From: Candidatus Thorarchaeota archaeon SMTZ1-45
GTDB taxonomy: Archaea; Asgardarchaeota; Thorarchaeia; Thorarchaeales; Thorarchaeaceae
Direction: 5' to 3'
DNA: 22,560 nt
NCBI GenBank assembly: GCA_001563335.1
Contig: LRSL01000035.1
Span: 1 to 22,560 of the forward strand
Positions within the stretch are counted from its first letter, which is position 1. Each line of letters starts with the position of its first letter. A program made the translations under genes and the position numbers. A model generated the notes under the pieces. That model saw nothing but the letters and a program-made list of their open reading frames with translations. It made no database searches and had not been told where the DNA came from. Below are positions 8,237 through 15,468 of the stretch, in pieces.

Positions 8237-9829
8237 ATGAAAGAAATAATGACAAACATAGTTGAAGTCACAGTATTTCGTGACGGTGCAAGAATTATCA
8301 GAATGGGCAGAACTGAACTTGGGCTTGGTGAGCAGATTGTAAAAGTTACAGGGATTACTCGTTATGCTGAACAAGACAGCTTTCGTGTCAAAGGAAAAGG
8401 TAATGCCATTCTTCGAGGAATAGATGTAAAACAAGTTAGTAGGAGCTACGAACCTGAAGGCAATATCAAAGAATTATATGATAAACTCAAAGAACTTGAG
8501 AAAGAACGTGCAGTTATAGAAGATAGATTGCAACTTCAAAGGACTAGGGAAGAGAGAATGAATGTTGTTCTGAATCAGTTCAGCTCTGAATTCGGAAAGT
8601 GGTTTTCCGTTGGGGAAACACCAATGGACCAAATGACAAGAATGGAGAAAACTGGAAGTGAATTGCTTCGTGAATCAAGAAAGACAATTCGTCAACTAGA
8701 AACCGAGCTTGAGAAAATTGATACAGAAATAGCAGCCCTCCATGATAACATCAACAGATTTCAAGGTCAGAGAAGAACAGAAACCGTCAATGAAGTATTT
8801 GTTAGTCTTTATGCAAAGGAAAGTACACAACTCGAATTGGAAATTACATATCAACTAAGAATGGCATCATGGCACCCTACCTATGATATTGATATTGGTG
8901 ATGAAACATCATCCATCAAAAGAATCTGTGTGGTTAGAAACCAGACTCTTGAGAATTGGGAAAATATAGCACTTATAGTTTCTACAGCATCTGCACAACC
9001 AGTTGAAGCGGTTAGACCAAATCCGTTCTATGTTGATGTATACTCTCCACGAGACTATCGAAGAATATCCTCGAGATCATCTGCAGCACCAGCTGAAAGG
9101 ATGAAGAAAGAAATGGACTATGACGATGTTGCAGAAGGATTGATGATGATGGAACCTGAGGAAGAGCCAATGCCTGAAATCATGGAAGACTATGCACATG
9201 CTTCGGAAACCCTTGGAGGAATTACTGTCTATAGTGTTCCTGGAGAGGTTTCGATTCCAGCTGATAATGATCCACACCCGATCACTCTCACACTTGAGGA
9301 GTTTGAATCAAGAAGACTGCACTTCTGGAACGCTTCAGCAATGGCGGAGGTAGTAGCTCAGGATGAAATAACGAATGGAAATGCTGTGCTTCTTCCTGGT
9401 AATGTGAAAGTATATGCTGCGGGTGACTTCATTGGTGAAACGTATCTAGACCTAAAAGCACCGCATGAGAAATTCAGACTTGGCACACGAATCGCTTATG
9501 ATGTAAAAGCAGAGAAGAAACTCGTTGAAAAGGATACAGAGAAAGCAGGAATTACTCGTGGAAAGCAAAAGAGGGGATATAAGTACTCACTCGAGATACA
9601 TAACTTTGGGAAGCAAGAAATTGCAATCAAGGTAGTGGATGTGATACCACATAGCAATTCTGAGAAGATAACAGTAGAACTTACTGAACCAAGTTTACAG
9701 ATACAGAAAGAGGAACTTGGTGTAATTGAATGGGAAACGAAAATTAGAGAAAGTGCAGAATTCAATATTACATATTCCTATGAGGTAGAGTGGGAGAGGG
9801 GTGTAGTCATCAGACCACCACTCCCATGA
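8237..9829 (+). CDS. DUF4140/DUF4139 (MuiA / TIGR02231-like) protein, copy 2
   Basis: IVEVTVFRDGARIIR, DSFRVKG, ASWHPTYD, NQTLENWENIALIVSTA, LLPG, VVDVIPHS. Clear paralog of the upstream gene. GGAGGA RBS at 8225-8230 favours the second ATG (8237) over 8234. Confidence 0.88.
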   Translation: MKEIMTNIVEVTVFRDGARIIRMGRTELGLGEQIVKVTGITRYAEQDSFRVKGKGNAILRGIDVKQVSRSYEPEGNIKELYDKLKELEKERAVIEDRLQLQRTREERMNVVLNQFSSEFGKWFSVGETPMDQMTRMEKTGSELLRESRKTIRQLETELEKIDTEIAALHDNINRFQGQRRTETVNEVFVSLYAKESTQLELEITYQLRMASWHPTYDIDIGDETSSIKRICVVRNQTLENWENIALIVSTASAQPVEAVRPNPFYVDVYSPRDYRRISSRSSAAPAERMKKEMDYDDVAEGLMMMEPEEEPMPEIMEDYAHASETLGGITVYSVPGEVSIPADNDPHPITLTLEEFESRRLHFWNASAMAEVVAQDEITNGNAVLLPGNVKVYAAGDFIGETYLDLKAPHEKFRLGTRIAYDVKAEKKLVEKDTEKAGITRGKQKRGYKYSLEIHNFGKQEIAIKVVDVIPHSNSEKITVELTEPSLQIQKEELGVIEWETKIRESAEFNITYSYEVEWERGVVIRPPLP

Positions 9830-9830
9830 G

Positions 9831-9850
9831 TTCTACTAGTAGGAAAAAAG
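9831..9850. terminator. Short palindrome and A/T tract between convergent genes
   Basis: CTACTAGTAG palindrome (9833-9842) next to A6 (T6 on the - strand) in the 22-nt gap between two converging stops. Confidence 0.35.
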
Positions 9851-9851
9851 C

Positions 9852-11195
9852 CTACCACTTACTCATCTCTTCCATTACTGCTACAATCCTATTCATTGCT
9901 TTTCTGAAATTCTCAATAACGATGCTCTCATTTGGTGAATGTGCTTTTGACTCATAATCACCGCATCCAATAGAAACCATAGGGACATACTTATTGAAGA
10001 GATATAAAGGACCAGAACCGGGACTAGTAGGATGGATGACCATATCACCAAATACACGTTTGTTTGCATTTTCGATTATTTTGACGAATGGATGATTAAT
10101 AGGAGTCTTTGCAGCAGGATATCCCTCAAAGTATGAAAACTTGATGTCAGAGAAGCCTCTGTCATCTAAGTGTTGTCTGAGTTTCTTGTGGATGTCATTT
10201 GGATGCATTCCCTCCACTAGTCTAAAGTCTACCTTGCATGATGCCTTTGCAGGAAGTACTGTCATCGAGCCCTTGCCTTGATATCCGCTCGTAAGTCCAC
10301 AGATGTTACACGTGGGAGTGCCATAGTACGCTTTCTTTAGTTCATCACCGGTAAGACCATTCAGATACTCTTCAATCCCATAGACCTTCTTGAACTGCTC
10401 CTCGTGTAAATCGATTTTCCTGATTGCTTCAAGTTCCGAATCAGTAAGTGGTTTGATGTTTTCATAGAACCCTTCAATCAAGATACGACTTGATTCATCC
10501 TTAAGCGAGTTCAACGCCCAAGTCAGTCTGCTAGCGGCAGATGGAAGTATACAAGCTGTGCTCGAGTGTACATCTCTTGAAAGACGCTGAACCTCGAGCT
10601 CCACAAAGAATATCCCTTTGAGTCCAAGCCAAGCCTCTTGGCGTCCATCAATTCCAGCTCCACCAAATTCCCATATCCCTCCATCAGCAGTGATAAAATC
10701 GGTATTTTTCTCGATATACTCAGGGAGGTGAATACTACCAATCTCTTCTTCACCCTCGATTACAAATCTTACATTGACTGGTAGATCAGTGTTTGTTTCT
10801 TGGAATGCTTTTAGAGTCCATATCCTCGTTGTTATATCACCTTTGTTATCTGCAACGCCTCTACCATATAGTCTATCATTTCGAATCTCAGGTTCGAAAG
10901 GAGGAGAGTCCCAGAGATCAAAGGGTTCAGCAGGTTGGACATCATAGTGGTCATAGAATAGCAGTGTTCGCTTTGCTCCAACATCTTTCCAACCTGTTAC
11001 AACTGGAGCTCCAGAAGTCAAATGCACTTCAGTTTCCAAACCTGCATCTTGAAGCATTTTTTCAACCAAATTGGCAGCTTCCAATAGACCTTCATTTTTT
11101 GCTGCGACCGAAGGAATCCTACAGAGTTTCTTAAGCACTTCAATGGATTCATTCAGCTTATCATCTATGAATTTAATGATAGACTTATTCATCAT
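9852..11195 (-). CDS. M20/M25/M40 family metallopeptidase (dipeptidase/carboxypeptidase-like)
   Basis: Metal/catalytic motifs HYDVQP, YGRGVADNKG, EGEEEIGS, DVHSS, TVLPAKA..KVDFRLV and AHSPNE. The likely start is the ATG-ATG pair at 11195/11192 rather than 11267. Confidence 0.93.
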   Translation of the reverse strand: MMNKSIIKFIDDKLNESIEVLKKLCRIPSVAAKNEGLLEAANLVEKMLQDAGLETEVHLTSGAPVVTGWKDVGAKRTLLFYDHYDVQPAEPFDLWDSPPFEPEIRNDRLYGRGVADNKGDITTRIWTLKAFQETNTDLPVNVRFVIEGEEEIGSIHLPEYIEKNTDFITADGGIWEFGGAGIDGRQEAWLGLKGIFFVELEVQRLSRDVHSSTACILPSAASRLTWALNSLKDESSRILIEGFYENIKPLTDSELEAIRKIDLHEEQFKKVYGIEEYLNGLTGDELKKAYYGTPTCNICGLTSGYQGKGSMTVLPAKASCKVDFRLVEGMHPNDIHKKLRQHLDDRGFSDIKFSYFEGYPAAKTPINHPFVKIIENANKRVFGDMVIHPTSPGSGPLYLFNKYVPMVSIGCGDYESKAHSPNESIVIENFRKAMNRIVAVMEEMSKW

Positions 11196-11326
11196 AATCG
11201 CTTTGAAGAGAATAAGTTCCTCATGATATATTCTCTCTTTCAAGCTCTGTAAATTCGACCAGTTCAAAATCCTAATCGCTATCTATGCAATTAGAAACCA
11301 AAACAAAAACTAGGATCTTTATAGAT

Positions 11327-11374
11327 GGAAAAGAAAAATCCACTTCTGGAGGGAATTCCCTCCATATGAAGTGG
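11327..11374 (-). terminator. Intrinsic terminator-like hairpin of the microprotein gene
   Basis: - strand reads CCACTTC-ATA-TGGAGGG-AATT-CCCTCCA-GAAGTGG-ATTTTTCTTTTCC, starting 12 nt after the stop. It contains a perfect 18-bp palindrome TGGAGGGAATTCCCTCCA (11347-11364). Confidence 0.7.
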
Positions 11375-11386
11375 TTGTTCGCTATA

Positions 11387-11539
11387 TTAGAGATTTACGG
11401 GCCTACAAAGATAGTCTTTGTTGTTTGCTGCACGACCACAAACTTCACAGATGTACTTGGCATCCTTGACCCGTTCTCTCATTTCTTTGACACCGTGGTG
11501 TTTTGCAAACTCACACATGTGATCTTTATGATCTCCCAA
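11387..11539 (-). CDS. 50-aa Cys/His-rich microprotein (putative Zn-binding, CxxCGR...LCxP)
   Basis: Below the ORF-track cutoff. Translation MGDHKDHMCEFAKHHGVKEMRERVKDAKYICEVCGRAANNKDYLCRPVNL*. AGGAGG lies 7 nt before the TTG start (an in-frame ATG at 11545 is only 1 nt from the RBS), a TATA-like CTTATTA at 11590-11584 and a terminator downstream. Confidence 0.85.
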   Translation of the reverse strand: MGDHKDHMCEFAKHHGVKEMRERVKDAKYICEVCGRAANNKDYLCRPVNL

Positions 11540-11712
11540 ATTCATTCCTCCTTAAGGAATATCATTGAAAATAGTTTGTTTTGTAATAAGCATTCAGAAA
11601 GGGTAGTGCTGAAGGTTTATCTGTACCTATAATTTCACACAAAAGAGGGATTTACTTACGACTAGTTAATGAAGTACTGATTATATGCCTCTGCAATATT
11701 GAATGAGAATGA

Positions 11713-12510
11713 GTGATTCCAATGAAGATGCTTGCAGGACCTATGTTCAGCAATGAAGTCCTGGATTCCTTTGCAACGACAAGGACAAAAAAGAAAGGAC
11801 TTCTAAAGAGGGAACCTATAGAGATCTTTGAAATAGGACAGCCAATTATGCGAATTTTTCGTCAAATTGATTTCTATAATGAAGATGACGAATTTGTATC
11901 TACAAGTTTAGTGGATGTTGAGTTAGCTTCATTGGTGAATGCTTTTGAGGAAAATCTACTCCTCTGGCGCCCACTTTATGTAGGTTTAGTTCATGAAGGT
12001 GCACCTTTTGACTTGTCTAGAAATCGACTCGGTCATGATAAAGAAACTCTTGAGACTATTACTAATCAAATGATTAATGTGCGGAAAGCAGCTCAGAAGG
12101 AACTTGAAGAATTCAAAGATGAATTTGCCAAGGTTCAGAGTGATTGGAAATCATCATCAATGTCTCTATTGATTCCTAGATCACCATCTAGTTTAAGGGA
12201 ACAAGATAGACTGGCAAACATTAAGAGAACTGCTGAAGGGATAATAAAGGCGGTATCACTTGTAATCAATTGCCCCTATGATTCCAAGGTCAAATCAACA
12301 GCTATTGGGGAATATGTTTTTGTTCTAACAACTCTAATCAGATACACTAGTATAATAGATGACTCCATTAGAATCATAGCCCTTGAGAATCCTTCTGCTG
12401 AAAACATTGACGATGCTCATATGAAAGGTCGAGCACTCACCAGATTATTAGAGAAAAATCAAGATTGTCAAGATTTTATTATTGGCACAACATACACTAC
12501 TGAAAAGTAA
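11713..12510 (+). CDS. Hypothetical protein (265 aa, soluble, central coiled coil)
   Basis: Long ORF filling the space, TTATAT box at 11681-11686. No recognisable motif. The start may be GTG 11713 or ATG 11722/11728. Confidence 0.8.
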   Translation: MIPMKMLAGPMFSNEVLDSFATTRTKKKGLLKREPIEIFEIGQPIMRIFRQIDFYNEDDEFVSTSLVDVELASLVNAFEENLLLWRPLYVGLVHEGAPFDLSRNRLGHDKETLETITNQMINVRKAAQKELEEFKDEFAKVQSDWKSSSMSLLIPRSPSSLREQDRLANIKRTAEGIIKAVSLVINCPYDSKVKSTAIGEYVFVLTTLIRYTSIIDDSIRIIALENPSAENIDDAHMKGRALTRLLEKNQDCQDFIIGTTYTTEK

Positions 12511-12513
12511 ATG

Positions 12514-12582
12514 CTTAAAGAGCCTAATGTTGTTGTTATCAGCACTTAGGAAAAATGTTTCCTAATAAGTTAGGAAGGAGTA
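12514..12582 (+). promoter_or_regulatory. TATA-like box plus repeat-containing leader and RBS of the second ABC operon
   Basis: CTTAAA at 12514-12519, inverted repeat TTAGGAAA-AATG-TTTCCTAA (12546-12565), and a second TTAGGAA (12570-12576) running into the GAAGGAG RBS. Confidence 0.55.
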
Positions 12583-12585
12583 ACT

Positions 12586-14346
12586 GTGATACGCAGAAAG
12601 AAATTACTTTATGCCCTATTGGCGCTAGCGCTCTTTATTCCATGGGGTGTTATTCCAGTAAACGCACAGCAAGATGCTACTCCAGATCTTTCTTTTGACT
12701 TGTGGGTTCTATCCTGGGATGACATCAGCGTCGACACAGGCGGTGGGATAAGGACACTGCTAGATGAAATAGGGATTGAAATCAACGTCGTGATCAAAGA
12801 TGATGATCCGATGTATGAAGGAATATACCAAGAACCAAGGCAATTTGGCTTATATGAAATGAGCCATGGCTATGGGAGTGTACCTGACCACGTTTGGTAC
12901 AGGATGCACTCAGAGGAAATCATCGATTGGGGTTCCAACTGTTACGGTCTCAACAATGCTACAGTGGATGCCGCATTAGATGACTTCATGACATCAACAC
13001 CCGCTACAGTGGCTGAAGCCGCAAGGCTTGTTCAGCTATATGCTACACAAAACATTCCTTACATTCCACTGTTTCTATCTGATGACACTCATGCTATAAG
13101 GGCAGAGTGGACAAACTACAGTGCGAAACCAGGTGGTGTCTTCACATCATTCAATCCACAGACAATGATCTTCATGTACGATGATACATGGACTTCAGGT
13201 CCGATGGAATTTGTCATGGCATATGGGTCTGATATTGGTGAACTCAATCCGATGTTCTACAGGAGTGAGCGCTCACACTGGTATGATATGCTTGTCTATG
13301 ACACTTTGATATCATTTGATGATAACCTAGATCCAATACCATGGCTTGCTGAAGACTGGGACATCAGTGCAGACGGTACAACGGTGAATTTTACTGTCCG
13401 GTCTGGAGTTCAGTGGCATGATGGTCAACCATTGACAGCTGACGATGTTGCCTTCTCATTCAACTATTGGCAAGATGCTTCAGAAGATGCAGTCTATTGG
13501 GCATTCTTACAACACATGGTCAGTGCGACAGCATATGGTGATGTAGTAAGTATCGTGATGGATGATGCTTGGTCATTTGCTCTGCAGATTCTGGGTTCTG
13601 AAATATACATCCTACCTCAACACATCAGAGAGGGTATCGCTGCAGATGATCCTAGGTGGGATGATCCTGACAATGTGACCGCACACACGGGTTCTGGTCC
13701 ATTCAAGTTTGTTTCAAGAACTCCTGACGAGTTCACGGACCTTGATCGAAATGACAATTGGTGGGGACCAACTAATCCTTACGTCGGTCAACTGCCAAGT
13801 ATCACCGATGTGAGAATTGATGTTATTCGTGGTCAGGATGCTCGAATTCTAGCCATGAGAAACGGAGATGCAGACACAGAACGATACGAAGTGTTTGGAG
13901 CGTATGTCAACACCATTTTAAATGCACCAGAACTCGACCTCGTGACTGGCGTTACTTCACAGTGGGACTATGTCCTTGGTTTCAACACAACATTCCCAGG
14001 CTTTGATGACGTAAATGTCAGGCGAGCAATAAGCCTAGCAATGGACCGACAATACTTGGTCAATGTTGGTCGACTTGGTTTTGGTACTCCTACAAACAGC
14101 ACAATTCCTGCAGATTTCTTCCCATCATACTATCATGAAGATGGAGTCTTTGTGGAAGATGTAGATTTGGCAAAACAGATACTGGATGATGCGGGTTATA
14201 TTGACATCGATAATGATGGTGTCAGAGAGTTTCCAGGTGTTGCTCCACCTCCTCCAGGTATTGATATTGTCTTAATCTTGGGTATCGGTGCTGGAGCACT
14301 GATTGTGGGAGTTCTCGTAACATATGTTTTACTAAGGAAAAAGTAA
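12586..14346 (+). CDS. dppA: Family-5 peptide ABC substrate-binding protein, apparently circularly permuted, with signal peptide and C-terminal membrane anchor
   Basis: Signal peptide MIRRKKLLYALLALALF...VNA/Q. SBP5 motifs VYDTLI..PWLAEDW..SADG..F.VRSGVQWHDGQPLTADDVAFS, GSGPFKF, VRRAISLAMDR and AKQILDDAGY. Ends in a PPPPG linker + TM + RKK. Confidence 0.93.
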   Translation: MIRRKKLLYALLALALFIPWGVIPVNAQQDATPDLSFDLWVLSWDDISVDTGGGIRTLLDEIGIEINVVIKDDDPMYEGIYQEPRQFGLYEMSHGYGSVPDHVWYRMHSEEIIDWGSNCYGLNNATVDAALDDFMTSTPATVAEAARLVQLYATQNIPYIPLFLSDDTHAIRAEWTNYSAKPGGVFTSFNPQTMIFMYDDTWTSGPMEFVMAYGSDIGELNPMFYRSERSHWYDMLVYDTLISFDDNLDPIPWLAEDWDISADGTTVNFTVRSGVQWHDGQPLTADDVAFSFNYWQDASEDAVYWAFLQHMVSATAYGDVVSIVMDDAWSFALQILGSEIYILPQHIREGIAADDPRWDDPDNVTAHTGSGPFKFVSRTPDEFTDLDRNDNWWGPTNPYVGQLPSITDVRIDVIRGQDARILAMRNGDADTERYEVFGAYVNTILNAPELDLVTGVTSQWDYVLGFNTTFPGFDDVNVRRAISLAMDRQYLVNVGRLGFGTPTNSTIPADFFPSYYHEDGVFVEDVDLAKQILDDAGYIDIDNDGVREFPGVAPPPPGIDIVLILGIGAGALIVGVLVTYVLLRKK

Positions 14347-14387
14347 AGGGTAGTAACTACCCTCTTTTTCTCTTTTTTTTATTTTTC
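14347..14387 (+). terminator. Hairpin plus long U tract after the second binding-protein gene
   Basis: AGGGTAG-TAA-CTACCCT (14347-14363) immediately after the stop, followed by CTTTTTCTCTTTTTTTTATTTTTC. Confidence 0.75.
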
Positions 14388-14464
14388 ATCAATGATACTT
14401 AATTCGGTAGTCTTTAATTAGTGGAAACTATCATAATGTTGAAACAGAAATTGGGGAATTTTAA

Positions 14465-15457
14465 ATGGCTGAAAAGGAGAGAAGTAAACCTATCGAGTAT
14501 ATTGCAAAAAGATTGGGGCAGACATTACTAATCTGGTTTCTAATCGTTATCGTTAATTTCTTCTTATTTAGAATAATGCCAGGAGACCCAAGGGGATCTT
14601 TAATAGCTGAACATATGCCACCGGAGGTAGTACAATCAATCGTAGATAGATTCGGTCTTGATAGACCAATTTTGGAGCAATTTTTCATTTATATTGTAAA
14701 TATCTTTAGAGGCGATTTTGGTGAATCTTTTTCACACTTTGGTGAGGATGTATTGTATACTATCTTTGATCATAGATTTTGGAATACTCTATGGCTAATG
14801 GGAGCTTCATTAGTCATATCAATTGCAGTGGGTATGGTCATGGGAGTAGTAGCAGCAGCTCGCAGGGGTTCTAAGACTGATACAGGTTCTACAGTATTCT
14901 TCTTGGTTGCATATAGTATTCCTGTGTTTTGGATCGGTCTACTTCTACTTTTGTTCTTTGGATATCATTTTGACTTGATACCACTTGCAGGAACAATAAC
15001 TCGAGGCTATGCACATGTGAATTTTATTGACTATATTCGGGACTATGGATGGCATATGATAGGGCCAACAATAGTCTTGACACTCTCATTCATTGGTGGA
15101 TTCTATTTAATTATGAGAGATACTGTTTTGGATGTATTTACTCAGGACTTCATGCTTGCAGCAAAAGCAAAAGGTCTCAAAGAAAAAACCATACTGTATA
15201 AACATGCAATGAGAAATGCGATGCTTCCGATGGTTAGTGTTATTGCTGTAAATATCCCATTTCTAATTAGTGGTGCAACAATTACTGAATTTGTATTTAG
15301 TTGGGAAGGAATAGGTCTATTGACATATGATTCGGTGCTAGCTAATGATTATCCAGTTCTTCAAGGGATATTTCTATTTCTAGCAACAATTACTGTATTT
15401 GCGAATTTTGTAGCAGATCTTCTCTATTTGTATCTTGATCCAAGAATTCGATATTAG
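14465..15457 (+). CDS. dppB: Peptide ABC transporter permease (DppB/OppB)
   Basis: RIMPGDP, FGLDRPILEQF, GDFGESF, DFMLAAKAKGL, HAMRNAMLP, EFVFSWEGIG, YLYLDPRIRY. Confidence 0.95.
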   Translation: MAEKERSKPIEYIAKRLGQTLLIWFLIVIVNFFLFRIMPGDPRGSLIAEHMPPEVVQSIVDRFGLDRPILEQFFIYIVNIFRGDFGESFSHFGEDVLYTIFDHRFWNTLWLMGASLVISIAVGMVMGVVAAARRGSKTDTGSTVFFLVAYSIPVFWIGLLLLLFFGYHFDLIPLAGTITRGYAHVNFIDYIRDYGWHMIGPTIVLTLSFIGGFYLIMRDTVLDVFTQDFMLAAKAKGLKEKTILYKHAMRNAMLPMVSVIAVNIPFLISGATITEFVFSWEGIGLLTYDSVLANDYPVLQGIFLFLATITVFANFVADLLYLYLDPRIRY

Positions 15458-15468
15458 GAGGAGAAGAG

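Noticed and set aside
7889-9516. 23-nt direct repeat as a CRISPR or mobile-element signature
   Set aside because: Only two copies, at equivalent codons (AYDVKAEK) of paralogous genes.
9827-9860. Stop-codon readthrough (Sec/Pyl) at the TGA of DUF4139 copy 2 or at other TGA/TAG stops
   Set aside because: Both paralogs end at the same P[QP]LP position, and the other genes checked end at family-typical C-termini or hit another stop shortly after.
11196-11267. N-terminal extensions given by the ORF track (M20 from 11267; also dppF from 3740 and 17965)
   Set aside because: Family-like sequence and RBS positions support the downstream starts.
11340-11374. Hairpin as a possible SECIS/PYLIS recoding element
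   Set aside because: There is no AUGA/GA quartet in the right geometry and no in-frame UGA/UAG in neighbouring genes. The U tract fits a terminator.
11285-11632. 115-aa + strand ORF from the track
   Set aside because: It is the antisense shadow of the 50-aa microprotein, runs through that gene's terminator hairpin, and has no RBS or recognisable motif.
12592-12603. RRKK as a Tat signal in the permuted binding protein
   Set aside because: It lacks the S/T-R-R-x-F-L consensus and looks like a basic Sec n-region with a VNA cleavage site.
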